From the IMG/VR virus record IMGVR_UViG_3300030329_003010: 64,000 nt of DNA, one strand, 5' to 3'. The DNA comes from an uncultured virus (IMG/VR IMGVR_UViG_3300030329_003010). Taxonomy: Duplodnaviria; Heunggongvirae; Uroviricota; Caudoviricetes. A program made the position numbers and the translations under genes. Below, one piece after another: positions 30,991-41,287 of this stretch (position 1 is the first letter of the stretch; the number at the start of each line of letters is the position of its first letter). The notes under the pieces are model-generated. The model was not told the DNA's origin. It ran no database searches and was given only the letters and a program-made list of their open reading frames with translations.

Positions 30991-32006
30991 CAATCAACCC
31001 TCCTTAGATTGTGCGCCCAACAATCATGTCCGTCACAAAGACCGCGAGCGGCGTACCAACCAGCAGAAGGCGACCTATCGTAAGTCAATAGGGTTCTAAT
31101 GTGACCTCGGCTTACAGTAGGATTGAAGTCCCTCCAATCTAGTGTTTGTATGTACGATAATATCTCATCCTCCATAGATTTCAATTTGTCTGCTGGTACG
31201 CTAGATGCCGGAGCGAACCAACGTAGGTTTTCAGCCATATGCAATACTAAGGCTACACGAATCTCATGACTAGGATTGCTTACTTGTATTGCCCTATCTA
31301 GGCAGGGAGGAATCGGTACGGTACTATGTGTACCCACTTCGCCGGAGAAACTTCCGGTAGAAACCCACTCCTCACTTTCGGGATTCTCGATAGCCCATCT
31401 AGTAATAGAAAAGGTAGGGGATAAATCATCTCCGCGAAACGGGTCTAAGTGTGTATAATCATTTACAGGTCTTGTCGGTATGATAAAATCCATAGGGGAT
31501 TTAGCAAACTCACGCGCATCTATATTGACCGCCCATCTACCTCTACTCACATTGTAAGTGTCGGGAATCCTAGTCATTTTCTTAGCAAATCCCACTTCAT
31601 CTAATGTCTTTAGGTCATGCGCTTTACTACGCTCGTAGCGATTTAATTTTCGGTCCCAAGAGCCGCCAACAACAGCCTCCTTGAACAATTGGTGAACGTG
31701 GAATCCTCTACCAGTAGCGACCAATCGAACATCACCTTCTAGGCGATTAATCAGCGTTGCTACATCGCGCTTAACGTCATCAATTCCACCACGCTCACCC
31801 ATATCGAAATCCCACCAAGCGCGGTCTATTACCACACTGTTATAATCGGGTTTCCAAGGGCGTTGCGGGTCACGTTCTTTGAATGAAAACAAAGATGTGT
31901 AACAATTGGCTTTACCATTGACGGTATCAACGTAAGAGGAAAACCTATCTAGGGATGGACAAATGCTACGCCGTAGCCCAATCTCGCGGGGAAATGAAAG
32001 TAGCAT
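30990..32006 (-). CDS. Archaeo-eukaryotic primase (PriS catalytic domain fused to a PriL/PriX-like C-terminal domain)
   Basis: WWDFD, TGRGFH, RIPDTYN motifs; C-terminal PPCL...SHEIR...C. Confidence 0.85.
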   Translation of the reverse strand: MLLSFPREIGLRRSICPSLDRFSSYVDTVNGKANCYTSLFSFKERDPQRPWKPDYNSVVIDRAWWDFDMGERGGIDDVKRDVATLINRLEGDVRLVATGRGFHVHQLFKEAVVGGSWDRKLNRYERSKAHDLKTLDEVGFAKKMTRIPDTYNVSRGRWAVNIDAREFAKSPMDFIIPTRPVNDYTHLDPFRGDDLSPTFSITRWAIENPESEEWVSTGSFSGEVGTHSTVPIPPCLDRAIQVSNPSHEIRVALVLHMAENLRWFAPASSVPADKLKSMEDEILSYIQTLDWRDFNPTVSRGHIRTLLTYDRSPSAGWYAARGLCDGHDCWAHNLRRVD

Positions 32007-32009
32007 ATC

Positions 32010-32171
32010 TCAACCAACCACCTGCTCATGTCCACACGCGCAAACCGCTACAACAATAGGAGTTCTTTCGCCACCTTCGACGCTAGTTACACTCCATAGA
32101 GTCATCTCATCTATCCACTCGCATTCGCCGCTACCGTCGTCTTTTGCACACACTGTTACTTCTTTACTCAT
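32010..32171 (-). CDS. 53-aa Cys-containing microprotein
   Basis: Hand translation; ATGA overlap with upstream gene; CACGH. Confidence 0.5.
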   Translation of the reverse strand: MSKEVTVCAKDDGSGECEWIDEMTLWSVTSVEGGERTPIVVAVCACGHEQVVG

Positions 32172-33019
32172 GCTATCACATCCGGTTCTAATCCGCTAAG
32201 AATCCCATCGCACGACATGGAAAAATCACACCATTCGGGGCAAAAATAATCATTCCACTTCATCGGCCATTGATGGGAAACTAGAGACTCTATGGTGTCG
32301 TTTAAGGATTGGGGAAAGGTATTAAGTGTCCTAGTAGGAACTCTCTCCATTACGGCTACGCCACAAGATTCTCCGAGCCAAACCTCCTTTCCTCGCTTTC
32401 CAATTTCGTCTAACATACGCTCGTCAGTACAGTCGGGAGCGATGTAAAGGAAATGTGTAATGTTCTCATAACCTGCTTGTGTAAGCATTCTATGATAGAA
32501 AACAAGTTCCTTACGGGTACGACTCAATTTAGAAGGATTCATATTCCCTGTCTTGAGTTCCACAATAATGATGCCTCCGTCGGGATGACGCAGAACACCA
32601 TCAATCATACCGCTCCAAATGATAGGAATAGTACCTAGATTTTCGGTTACAAAATCTTCATAGAGGTATCTCTTTTCTTCAACCTCCACAACGTCAAGGC
32701 CGCCTAAAGTCGCGGCAATACCATGAATCAATTTAGTCATTTCATCTACACCAACATCTCCAGCAACTCCTTCCTTTTCGGCAACGGCTGGTATAACATC
32801 GGGACCATCTATAAGACTAGCCTCCATTACAGAATGTATAGCAGTACCACGAATTGCCGCCTCTCCAACAGGAGGGCTAGGTACACCACTCATGTATCTC
32901 CACCAATATTGGCGAGGACACTTTTGATAATTCATGAAAGAAGATTTACTTACTCTCAAGATAGGTAGTTCTCCTACCTTGTAAGAAGATTGTTCGACTT
33001 GTTCCAGCGTAGCATCCAT
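32168..33019 (-). CDS. PD-(D/E)xK exonuclease, Cas4/RecB-like
   Basis: CPRQ...GTAIH, GMIDG...VELKTG, C-terminal CPEWCDF...C Fe-S cysteines. Confidence 0.85.
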   Translation of the reverse strand: MDATLEQVEQSSYKVGELPILRVSKSSFMNYQKCPRQYWWRYMSGVPSPPVGEAAIRGTAIHSVMEASLIDGPDVIPAVAEKEGVAGDVGVDEMTKLIHGIAATLGGLDVVEVEEKRYLYEDFVTENLGTIPIIWSGMIDGVLRHPDGGIIIVELKTGNMNPSKLSRTRKELVFYHRMLTQAGYENITHFLYIAPDCTDERMLDEIGKRGKEVWLGESCGVAVMERVPTRTLNTFPQSLNDTIESLVSHQWPMKWNDYFCPEWCDFSMSCDGILSGLEPDVIA

Positions 33020-33152
33020 CAGATAACCTCCGCACCAAGAATATCTTCTAGGGTGCGGATAAGAAGTCTGCGAGGTACATCTCCTAGATTAGCCCCGCGC
33101 TTTAGACCTGCTATGTACCGTACTAGACGGTCTTGCATATCAGTAGCCTCCC

Positions 33153-33452
33153 TCATTCGCTTTCCTCCGTAAAGTCATCAAGTGTTGGTTGCCCCTCGTT
33201 TAGAGGCATATTACAATTAGGACAGATTTCCTCTCGTTCTATCCCTTCTATTAATGGTATTAGTATTTCTTGTTTGCACGACGGACAGGTTATTTCTTCT
33301 GCCGAACCTGTTTCTTTAAGGCGCGAAAATAAAATTACATTCAAGCGATGTATGTCCATAGAAACCGCTTGAACGAATTGAGTCAAATACTGACGCATAT
33401 CCATTATTTGAGTTTCTAACTCACGAATACTTGGCTTTCTGCTTCTGCTCAT
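33153..33452 (-). CDS. Coiled-coil + Zn-ribbon protein
   Basis: CPSC...CPNC; start moved to ATG 33452 downstream of an AACTTTATAT promoter and GAGGT RBS. Confidence 0.65.
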   Translation of the reverse strand: MSRSRKPSIRELETQIMDMRQYLTQFVQAVSMDIHRLNVILFSRLKETGSAEEITCPSCKQEILIPLIEGIEREEICPNCNMPLNEGQPTLDDFTEESE

Positions 33453-33486
33453 ACTATTACCTCTTCTTTTAACCATATAAAGTTGC

Positions 33487-35703
33487 TTATACCCATTCTA
33501 CCCCACCCAAACCGTTCAAAGCGTTGTAAAGCGGTTGTGTACTCCACTTCATTACGTTGTAATAAGGGAGAACTTTATCCACCACGAATTTGCTAGCCAA
33601 TGTTCTATAACCGATATTTGTAATGCCTTCTATGTCCTCCGGCTTATCAAAGGCTACATATTTGCCCTCATCATTAATAGTCACTAAGAAGTATGAACCA
33701 GCACCGTAACCTTTACCTAGATATTCGTTGGCCCACGCCGCACCAGCAGAAGGACCGGACAACACCTTATACTCCTTAAGTGACTTTTCTAATTTTCCTT
33801 TCATACACAATTCTTCTATCGCACATTCGCCCGATACAATATCATCAATAAGGTCCGTTAGATTTTTAGTAATTGCTACTTCGGGCCGACCCGACAACAT
33901 AGCATTTAGAGTTTCTTTCATAGCCTCTTTCATTACAGGAGGCATCCTAGATTGCTTCAACTCAATTCCTTTGACGTACAGACTAGGCTCATGATATTCT
34001 CCATCAGTCCATACAGTAATACCAGCGTACCGGTTCTTAGCCATGATAACCATACTGCTACACCACTTTTCAAATTCAGTAGCGATAGGACTCATCTTAT
34101 CGTTGATTCTTGTTAATGCCTCTAACCCTACTTCGGGGTCCGGTATCTCACAAAATACGCTATCAGTGTGACCGTAACGAACTGTAAGCCCTTCTTCGTT
34201 AGCCAAATCCCTCAATCTCGCTAGAGTTTGTCTTGAAGTATATGTGATTGCCGCCGCTACATCGGGATGATACAAACCGTACTTAGAGTCACCAGCCGCG
34301 CCATACATTGATGCTACTAGATGCTTACAAGCGTTTTGTAACGTGTCCCATTTCTCATGGTTTTCGGGGTCATCCTTTAGCATTTTCTTGTAATGATTTC
34401 TCAAGTTAGTCATCTTATCCATTTGTCGAACAAGCAACCCTTTATCTCCTTGGCGGAAACAAGTACCGTTACCACAATCTTTCCCTTCGGGGTCCAGTGT
34501 GTCCCATGAAATATTGTGCAATTCAGCGTTACTATGGTACATAGCCCTAATATCTAGGATTCCAATGTTATGATGAATACCCGAATCCACTTCCATAACT
34601 TCTGCGCCGGAATACGGCGTATAATCGAATTGTGGTTTGGTAGGTATTCTTTTATCAAACTCTTCATCTACAAGAGCGAGAGATGTAAATAACTTAGTAA
34701 CAAAGGGTGTGGAACGTATATCGCATTGTACGATATGTTGGATAGCACAATAATACTCAATCGCATTTACTAGAGAGTTTAGACGAGGCAATAACCTTAC
34801 GTCTTGTCTAGCATAGTGTAGATACAAAGGTAAATCGCTATAATATGTATCGTGTCCATCTTCTAGGGCCACCTTAGAATCATTCAAACATTCTAGTGCT
34901 ACATCGTCAAGTCGATAACCAGCGAGTTTCCCATATTTGATTTCCCATATTTTTGAAAAGCCAATCATAAGGTCTATACAATTCCGCCCTGCTATGGGTT
35001 GTTCCCAATCACCAAACTTCCAACGGAAACGGCGCATAGGAGACATATTACTAGGATTGATACCAAGTGTTCTGCATCGTTCTGCTATGTTCTTGATGTC
35101 TGCTCCAACCACGAACCAGCCGGTAATGATGTCGGGGTCACAACGCTTCATGTGATTGATAAAATGTTCTAACATAGACTTTTCATCAGCGAAGCACATA
35201 GCATGAGTTTCGTATTCATAATCCCCAACCTTGTTGTATTTTCCAGCCTCATAATCGGGATGAATAAACCAAACGTATTCTTTCTCGGTATAGGAATCAT
35301 ATACTACGATAATTCTCATCTCATTTGTGTCCGGCGACCATTCACAATCCATATACCAAACACGATGATTGTAGTTGGGTATAGGAGGTAAACCTTCGTT
35401 TATTCTATCAGTAAGTACGCGATTAACAAACGGTATGTTCCCTTCCCAAGTCGGCCCTATTTCTTTAATACGCCGTAATTGGTCGGGGTGCGATACTGTT
35501 ATTTTAGCCAAATCTTCTCCGTACAAACCCTCGTAGCCGGATTCCTTTCTAACTGCTTGAATCCACTTTGAAGATTCCTCGGTTACAAAAACATAAGGCC
35601 AGTGGTCATTGTCCTTGATAACTTGTCGAACGTTGTTCTCATCCCTATAACGGATGATTACTTCTCTTCCTTTACCTTGTTCGACTATCATCGCATCCAC
35701 CAT
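33487..35703 (-). CDS. polB: Family B DNA polymerase with 3'-5' exonuclease
   Basis: ExoI DCE; Pol motifs DIRAMYHS, KHLVASMYG, YGHTDS, KNRY, KGIE. Confidence 0.95.
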   Translation of the reverse strand: MVDAMIVEQGKGREVIIRYRDENNVRQVIKDNDHWPYVFVTEESSKWIQAVRKESGYEGLYGEDLAKITVSHPDQLRRIKEIGPTWEGNIPFVNRVLTDRINEGLPPIPNYNHRVWYMDCEWSPDTNEMRIIVVYDSYTEKEYVWFIHPDYEAGKYNKVGDYEYETHAMCFADEKSMLEHFINHMKRCDPDIITGWFVVGADIKNIAERCRTLGINPSNMSPMRRFRWKFGDWEQPIAGRNCIDLMIGFSKIWEIKYGKLAGYRLDDVALECLNDSKVALEDGHDTYYSDLPLYLHYARQDVRLLPRLNSLVNAIEYYCAIQHIVQCDIRSTPFVTKLFTSLALVDEEFDKRIPTKPQFDYTPYSGAEVMEVDSGIHHNIGILDIRAMYHSNAELHNISWDTLDPEGKDCGNGTCFRQGDKGLLVRQMDKMTNLRNHYKKMLKDDPENHEKWDTLQNACKHLVASMYGAAGDSKYGLYHPDVAAAITYTSRQTLARLRDLANEEGLTVRYGHTDSVFCEIPDPEVGLEALTRINDKMSPIATEFEKWCSSMVIMAKNRYAGITVWTDGEYHEPSLYVKGIELKQSRMPPVMKEAMKETLNAMLSGRPEVAITKNLTDLIDDIVSGECAIEELCMKGKLEKSLKEYKVLSGPSAGAAWANEYLGKGYGAGSYFLVTINDEGKYVAFDKPEDIEGITNIGYRTLASKFVVDKVLPYYNVMKWSTQPLYNALNGLGGVEWV

Positions 35704-35813
35704 TTATCTCTTGATTGCGTAGGAATATAACTGTTCTTGAAACACTTGTAACAAAGACGATGGATAGGGTGTAAAACCGACCAACGCTTACACTTCTTAC
35801 AAGAGCCAGCCAT
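35688..35813 (-). CDS. Zn-finger microprotein (CKKC...CYKC)
   Basis: GGAGG RBS before ATG 35813; overlaps the polB start. Confidence 0.55.
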   Translation of the reverse strand: MAGSCKKCKRWSVLHPIHRLCYKCFKNSYIPTQSRDKWWMR

Positions 35814-35837
35814 ACAAATTCCTCCAATATTTTTTAA

Positions 35838-35934
35838 GCGGGAACGGCGGGAGCGGAGGATAGACCCCCTGCCCATCCCGCACGAAGCGGGAGAGAATGA
35901 CCCTCATTAATCCGTTATTACTTGGGCAAACCGC
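35838..35934 (-). ncRNA. Candidate pseudoknotted structured RNA upstream of the polB unit
   Basis: GC-rich intergenic island with several complementary segments, two of which cross. Confidence 0.4.
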
Positions 35935-35944
35935 GAAAAAATAC

Positions 35945-36235
35945 TTATTCCTTTCTTCGACCTCTCGCTCTTGTCTCAATGCCGAACTTTAACAACCAGT
36001 CACGAACCGCCATAGGTGTAATACCCTGTTCAGAAGCGATGTCGGCCATAGACCTACCCTCAACTAAATATGCGTTCCTAAGCCATTGTTCATCACGGTA
36101 TTCCTTAGTAAGTTTTACTATCCTACCACTAAAAGCCCAATCGCCCAAAGACTGTTCAACCGACCCATCTTCGGGATGAATGGTAATGCTAGTCCTATTT
36201 CCTTCGTCGTCTATCAATAATATTTCTGCTTTCAT
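35945..36235 (-). CDS. HTH DNA-binding protein
   Basis: YRDEQWLRNAY...SMADIASEQGITPMAVRDWLLKFGI. Confidence 0.8.
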   Translation of the reverse strand: MKAEILLIDDEGNRTSITIHPEDGSVEQSLGDWAFSGRIVKLTKEYRDEQWLRNAYLVEGRSMADIASEQGITPMAVRDWLLKFGIETRARGRRKE

Positions 36236-36241
36236 TTTTAA

Positions 36242-37066
36242 TCACTCCAATAATCCTACTTGGAATACCAAGTCTCCATCGGGGAGGCTGAAAAGAATAC
36301 GGGTTCCTTGTCCGTATTCACTGAAATCTAGGAAATGTAATGTAACATCTCCCGAATAGTGTTTGAGTACCGAGTCGATACCACCTTCAATAGTAACTCC
36401 GCCTTCTTCCATCATTTGTTCCGGTAGAGAAAAGTTAGTTTCAGTAGCACCCTTTAGTTCAGAGCCTACCTTTACATTAACGTAATCGGCATCGTGATAG
36501 AACGAGAACCTGTTGGTTTTCTGTCCATTAATAGCATCACATCGTAGAGCCTCATGTAGTTCAGAACAATCGAGAGTTATGGACAGATAAGGTTTCATCC
36601 ATTCATCGTTAGTACTAATTAAATAACTACCATCTTCCCATTTTAATTGCTGAAACCTAGTGAGGCTTTTTACCGCCCAAGCAGAAATAGCATCGGGACA
36701 GTTACCAAAAGCCGGAGCATTTAGGCTACTAATAAGTGTAGTTTTCTTATTCCTTGATTGTATTTGTAATTTATCATCGGACCAAGACAAAGATACTTCT
36801 GTGCCGTGGTAAGGTAGAATCCCTAGTACCGCATCTATTGATGCAATAGGTATATTCACTGTACTATGAAGCACTTCGCCTCCATGTGGTACAGAAAACC
36901 TAGAGAGAGAAGTAATCCCATCACGCACTATATTGATAGTCACCGCATAACTGTCCATAAAACGCAGTAAAGTAGATTCTACTTGGTCTTGTTTCTTACC
37001 TGCAACCGTTTGTGGTCGCTTAGTTAGCGTAAGAAGCCTAGTTAGTGCGTCGTTCCTAATATTCAT
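36242..37066 (-). CDS. PCNA-like sliding clamp (putative)
   Basis: 274 aa, two-domain alpha/beta pattern, lies between polB and RFC. Confidence 0.55.
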   Translation of the reverse strand: MNIRNDALTRLLTLTKRPQTVAGKKQDQVESTLLRFMDSYAVTINIVRDGITSLSRFSVPHGGEVLHSTVNIPIASIDAVLGILPYHGTEVSLSWSDDKLQIQSRNKKTTLISSLNAPAFGNCPDAISAWAVKSLTRFQQLKWEDGSYLISTNDEWMKPYLSITLDCSELHEALRCDAINGQKTNRFSFYHDADYVNVKVGSELKGATETNFSLPEQMMEEGGVTIEGGIDSVLKHYSGDVTLHFLDFSEYGQGTRILFSLPDGDLVFQVGLLE

Positions 37067-37070
37067 GTAA

Positions 37071-38036
37071 TCACTCCCAATTTAAGAAAGGTAGTCCAGT
37101 CCAATTTACTTTCTTATCCTTTACAGATAGAATAGTATGAGTCTCGCCTAGATGTTCCATGTTGTGACCCTTCATTTCTTCAATGATTGCCTTTACCGCC
37201 CATTCACCGTCTGCTAGGGATTTATCACCCTTAACACCAGCCGCAGGGTCAGCCTTCTTCATGTAACGAGTTAGGAATATTTGTTGCGAGAAACAACGCA
37301 TAGTTCCCTTCTCCCATTCGGGGCGTTCGCCAACACTCATGAGGACTTTACCGCCGGAGCCGTTATCCACATACTCTTGAATTGCCTTCAAGTGGAATGT
37401 GAAGAATACCTTCGGTACATCCAATCCATGAACTCGCTGAATAGTATCTCGGAACAGTTTGTTACGAATACGCCATTCTGCTTGATTGAATCTATCCCCA
37501 TCTTCGGGATTAACCGGATTCTTAGAGCGATTCTGCAATACATAAGTCATAGCCTGTTCGCACCACTTAAGGAAAGTAGAGCCGCCATCAAAGATGATAC
37601 CGGCATATTCTTCTCCGCCCTTAATTCGTTCTGCTACAATATTAGTAAACCATGATACCTTATCAATAAGAGCAGTATAGTTCACGGAATTATCCTCATT
37701 AAAGATAGAGTCATCCAACTCATCGAAGAGAGGCAGAACTATGATATTGTCCTTGTTAGGGTACAGATAATCAACTGTCTGCTTGGCGGAATTGTCCACA
37801 TCGAAGATAGCCACTTTCTTTCCAGCCTCAATCTCCGGCCTAAGTAGGTCAAGAGCGAGTCCAGTCTTAGCAGTATTCTCACGACCAACAAGAGCCATAC
37901 GAACAGGTCTATACTTTGCTTGGTTGTTATCAAACAAAGCATTGTAATAGTCTGCATCGTAAGCCGTCTTTAGGGCCGGATTAGGAGTAGCGGTAGGAGC
38001 CGCAGTTGCGGATTGACCCCAACTCATGCTTCCCAC
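37071..38036 (-). CDS. RecA-fold ATPase (AAA_24/Sak4-like recombination protein)
   Basis: Walker A GRENTAKT, FDVDNS, Walker B IIFDGGS, FFTFH. Confidence 0.75.
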   Translation of the reverse strand: MGSMSWGQSATAAPTATPNPALKTAYDADYYNALFDNNQAKYRPVRMALVGRENTAKTGLALDLLRPEIEAGKKVAIFDVDNSAKQTVDYLYPNKDNIIVLPLFDELDDSIFNEDNSVNYTALIDKVSWFTNIVAERIKGGEEYAGIIFDGGSTFLKWCEQAMTYVLQNRSKNPVNPEDGDRFNQAEWRIRNKLFRDTIQRVHGLDVPKVFFTFHLKAIQEYVDNGSGGKVLMSVGERPEWEKGTMRCFSQQIFLTRYMKKADPAAGVKGDKSLADGEWAVKAIIEEMKGHNMEHLGETHTILSVKDKKVNWTGLPFLNWE

Positions 38037-39238
38037 CCGTCATCCTCAACATCTACTGGTACATCAGCCATTGGAGCAATCGCATCGAAGGCCCACCATC
38101 CGTTTACAGATAGTCGGTATTCTCCTTCTTGTGTTTTCCAAGGCTGTGCAATCACAAGAGCCTTAGTACCAACTGCGAAATCAATCATGCTTTCTTGAGA
38201 AGCAGGGATATAGATGTCCACTACTGGAGCCATTGAAGTAATATCTAAGTCAGCAACTACTAGGTTGAAACCACCATTATCGCGGGGTTCAATACTAATA
38301 ACTTCTGTAAGTACACCAATGAGTCTATCCCACCATCCGTCAGTACCATGATTAGCCTCATAGAACGGACCGATAGCATCAAGATTCTTCAATAGGTCAT
38401 CACCAAGCATACTGCCCATTAGACCACCATCTTCACTACGGAAGGGAGGTAGAGGGAATTCAGATGCTAGTGAATCATCACGATTGAATACTGATACTCC
38501 AGCCTTAGCATAACCAACACCGTTTTTACCCATACGGACCGCATAAGTACACGGCACAAAGGTAGGAGGCGCATCTTCGGCAACGCTACCGGAAGCCTTG
38601 ATTGTTACAGGTCCGTCAGCAGTAGCAAAAATCATAGTTCGCTCTAATTCCTTAGTAGGTCTAGGCGCACCATACTTGAAGTTAGCATCGCCGGATGGGA
38701 ATGTCGGAGACTTACTATCCCATACTATGTAGTAGTAAGTAGATTCATCCAACTGCTTGTAGTTCTTCGGCAATTCGGTCACTGAATCCTCATCGTAATC
38801 CGCTTCAAAAACAACCTTGTTTCTTAAGGATGGATTAATAGCGCGGGTGTAAGTACCATCGTAGTTATCAGTAAAGATTACTACTTTACCTTGAGTAACT
38901 AGAGATTCGCGAGCATCTTCGTCAGCCATCTTTAGAGTTGAGTCCATCTTACGGTATAGCAATTGACCCCAATCTTTGTATCTAGGTACACTAATAAACA
39001 TACCCTTTAGGGATTCAGCACCGCTTCTCTTCAATTTAGCACTCTCGGATGCTAATTGTCTAGCCGCAACTCGTAGAGCAAACACTCCACATTCCTCGTC
39101 ATTCTTTCCAGCGTTACGCCATGCTGGTCCCTGTTCATCAAGTACGGTTTCTGCTCGTACTCTTAGAGTGGACACTTCAACACCTACGTTCGCCGCCACG
39201 TTCTTCATCATTTCGTCATTCAATACCATGTCTTTCAT
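38024..39238 (-). CDS. Putative ssDNA-binding protein (RPA/OB-fold like)
   Basis: Replication context, beta-rich C-terminal domain, acidic tail DVEDDGWEA; start moved to ATG after AGGAG. Confidence 0.55.
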   Translation of the reverse strand: MKDMVLNDEMMKNVAANVGVEVSTLRVRAETVLDEQGPAWRNAGKNDEECGVFALRVAARQLASESAKLKRSGAESLKGMFISVPRYKDWGQLLYRKMDSTLKMADEDARESLVTQGKVVIFTDNYDGTYTRAINPSLRNKVVFEADYDEDSVTELPKNYKQLDESTYYYIVWDSKSPTFPSGDANFKYGAPRPTKELERTMIFATADGPVTIKASGSVAEDAPPTFVPCTYAVRMGKNGVGYAKAGVSVFNRDDSLASEFPLPPFRSEDGGLMGSMLGDDLLKNLDAIGPFYEANHGTDGWWDRLIGVLTEVISIEPRDNGGFNLVVADLDITSMAPVVDIYIPASQESMIDFAVGTKALVIAQPWKTQEGEYRLSVNGWWAFDAIAPMADVPVDVEDDGWEA

Positions 39239-39284
39239 ATCTCCTTTCGGGTAATTTATCCTTGTTCGTTTAAGCATATAAAGT

Positions 39285-40205
39285 TCACGCTTCACCCCTC
39301 AATGCTTGGTTTGGGATGCAACTTCGTACAAAGTTGGCGCGAATAAGTTCCGGTGAAACGCCGGATATAAGGTCACGTTCTGCCTCAATTAGAGCGTGAA
39401 TAATTGTTAGTTTTGACTCTTGTTTTGCGTCGGATTCTACCACATAATCAAAGATACCCTTTAGAGTATCTTTCAATGGTTGCCCCTTGATAATCTTCAA
39501 TGCACCATCAAAGGACTTCTCTCGTACTGCTATGCGTAAGAATTTTTCATAGTCCACATCGGGAGTACCCAAAGATGCTAGGAACTTGTCTTTGTCTGCG
39601 CCATAATTAACATATGCCTGTAAGAAATTTATAGCAGAGCGAGCATCGCTATGATGTTTTGCTATACGTTGAACGGTATCGTCCATCCTAACAAAACCAG
39701 CGGCGTTTTCTTTGAGTGTTATTTCACGTAAAATACTTGCTATGTCCCCTTTATAGTAAGGGCGGAAATGTATTACTTTGCATCGCGATTGTAGCCAAGG
39801 AGAAACCTTAGCGAGATTGTTACAGGTCAATATGAAATAACCATGAGCGTTTTCCATAACTCCCTTGAGAGCGGATTGCGCCGCATCAGTCAATTGGTCT
39901 GCTTCATCAAGTAAGAAAATCTGCTTGTGATTACCAGTCCTAGTTCTCGGAATCAGTTCTTCTTCGATGAACCCAATACCCCTTTCTTTCTTTGTTGAAG
40001 CATTAAACACATGAAGTTGATAACCGAGGTCATTAGCCAAAGCGCGAGCAATAGTAGTCTTTCCTGTACCCGCCTCTTGAGAGTGGAATAAACAATGGAA
40101 AACTTTGAATCCATCACCAACCTTAAAGTGCGCTACAATATCATCACGACCTATCACATCTTTCAATGTGGTGGGCCTATGCTTTTGGGACCATATTTCA
40201 GTCAT
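39285..40205 (-). CDS. rfcS: Clamp loader, RFC small subunit
   Basis: WSQKHRP, GTGKTT, FNAS, LDEAD, LQSRC. Confidence 0.92.
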   Translation of the reverse strand: MTEIWSQKHRPTTLKDVIGRDDIVAHFKVGDGFKVFHCLFHSQEAGTGKTTIARALANDLGYQLHVFNASTKKERGIGFIEEELIPRTRTGNHKQIFLLDEADQLTDAAQSALKGVMENAHGYFILTCNNLAKVSPWLQSRCKVIHFRPYYKGDIASILREITLKENAAGFVRMDDTVQRIAKHHSDARSAINFLQAYVNYGADKDKFLASLGTPDVDYEKFLRIAVREKSFDGALKIIKGQPLKDTLKGIFDYVVESDAKQESKLTIIHALIEAERDLISGVSPELIRANFVRSCIPNQALRGEA

Positions 40206-40498
40206 TATTCCTCCTCCTCGTTTATTCCCCATACTTGTCTATACACTTTCTCGCCCGAAAAACTGTGGGCCTTAACATTATCAACAACATGGAATCTATG
40301 GTCGCGCCTCAACATTTGGCTTAAAGAGATAGGGCTGGCTGGCATACATTTAGGCATAGTACCTTTCACGGTTCTAACTTCCGAATACATTTCATGAGCA
40401 GTACAAGGTCCGTTATCACGAACATAATCATAACATCGGTTACGGAAGTTCTTGTGGCGAATACCAAAACCATGATGTAATTTTCCTCCTCTACCCAT
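40205..40498 (-). CDS. Winged-helix protein (paralogue family)
   Basis: YDYVRDNGPCTAHEM...SLSQML. Confidence 0.7.
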   Translation of the reverse strand: MGRGGKLHHGFGIRHKNFRNRCYDYVRDNGPCTAHEMYSEVRTVKGTMPKCMPASPISLSQMLRRDHRFHVVDNVKAHSFSGEKVYRQVWGINEEEE

Positions 40499-40752
40499 TA
40501 TTCATCACCTGCCGCATGGTGTTCTTTTGGTAAATGCTTAACTCGCTTTTCGCGCATTCCTCTCAAAATATCCCTAATGTTTTTTAGTGCTGTGTTATAT
40601 CGTTTAACCGCAACTTTGTCTCCTCTTGGTACTAAACCATCAAGAGCCATTTCTGTTGTACTCGTATAATGACTATCTTCATCATCGCCTATCAGCATAT
40701 TCAGAATTTCCCATTCAACGTGTTTAACACACTTGGCTCTCAACAAAGTCAT
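40498..40752 (-). CDS. Hypothetical protein
   Basis: Start moved to ATG 40752 after AGGAGTGA RBS and a motif-A promoter. Confidence 0.6.
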   Translation of the reverse strand: MTLLRAKCVKHVEWEILNMLIGDDEDSHYTSTTEMALDGLVPRGDKVAVKRYNTALKNIRDILRGMREKRVKHLPKEHHAAGDE

Positions 40753-40822
40753 CGGTCTATCACTCCTACAATTTATACTCTTATTGTAAGAATATAAAGT
40801 TGCTGGTAGCGGGTTCGTAAGG

Positions 40823-41287
40823 TTATTCGCATCTAATACAATGTAGGCATTTTTCTGCCCCTTTGGGGAAAACTCGATTTCTTCCGCACTCATCACACTT
40901 CACCATTCGTTGTTTTTCTTTCGGAGTTGCTACACTTGGACTTCTAGTAAAAATAATATCCTCGGTACTTTTTATTAGTTCTCTATCAATATCATAAATT
41001 GCGTGTGCTGATTTAACTCCTACTATGTTCTCAATCTTTTCTGAACCTACAATTATTACTTGTGTATTTTTGGATAGTAAAGCAGAAAGTGTATGGGGCG
41101 AAGGAATTACTTTGACGCTTCTATGTTGCGATAGAAGGTCAGCCATTCGCTCTTTAGTCATCGGACCGTTCTCCCAAAGTAAATCTACAATTAAACGACG
41201 AATCCGCCGGTTGTTAGCACCCATTGACTTATGAATATACCAAACACCTTTATTAATCATCTCCCATAGAAAGCCACATTGACGCAT
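40823..41287 (-). CDS. Winged-helix protein with C-terminal Zn finger
   Basis: LLWENGPMTKERM...PSPHTLSALL; CDECG...CLHC; true start probably near 41224. Confidence 0.7.
   Translation of the reverse strand: MRQCGFLWEMINKGVWYIHKSMGANNRRIRRLIVDLLWENGPMTKERMADLLSQHRSVKVIPSPHTLSALLSKNTQVIIVGSEKIENIVGVKSAHAIYDIDRELIKSTEDIIFTRSPSVATPKEKQRMVKCDECGRNRVFPKGAEKCLHCIRCE

Noticed and set aside
32168..33019. Cas4-like gene as evidence of a CRISPR-Cas system
   Set aside because: Stand-alone Cas4-like nucleases are common in archaeal virus replication modules; no cas1/cas2 or array is present
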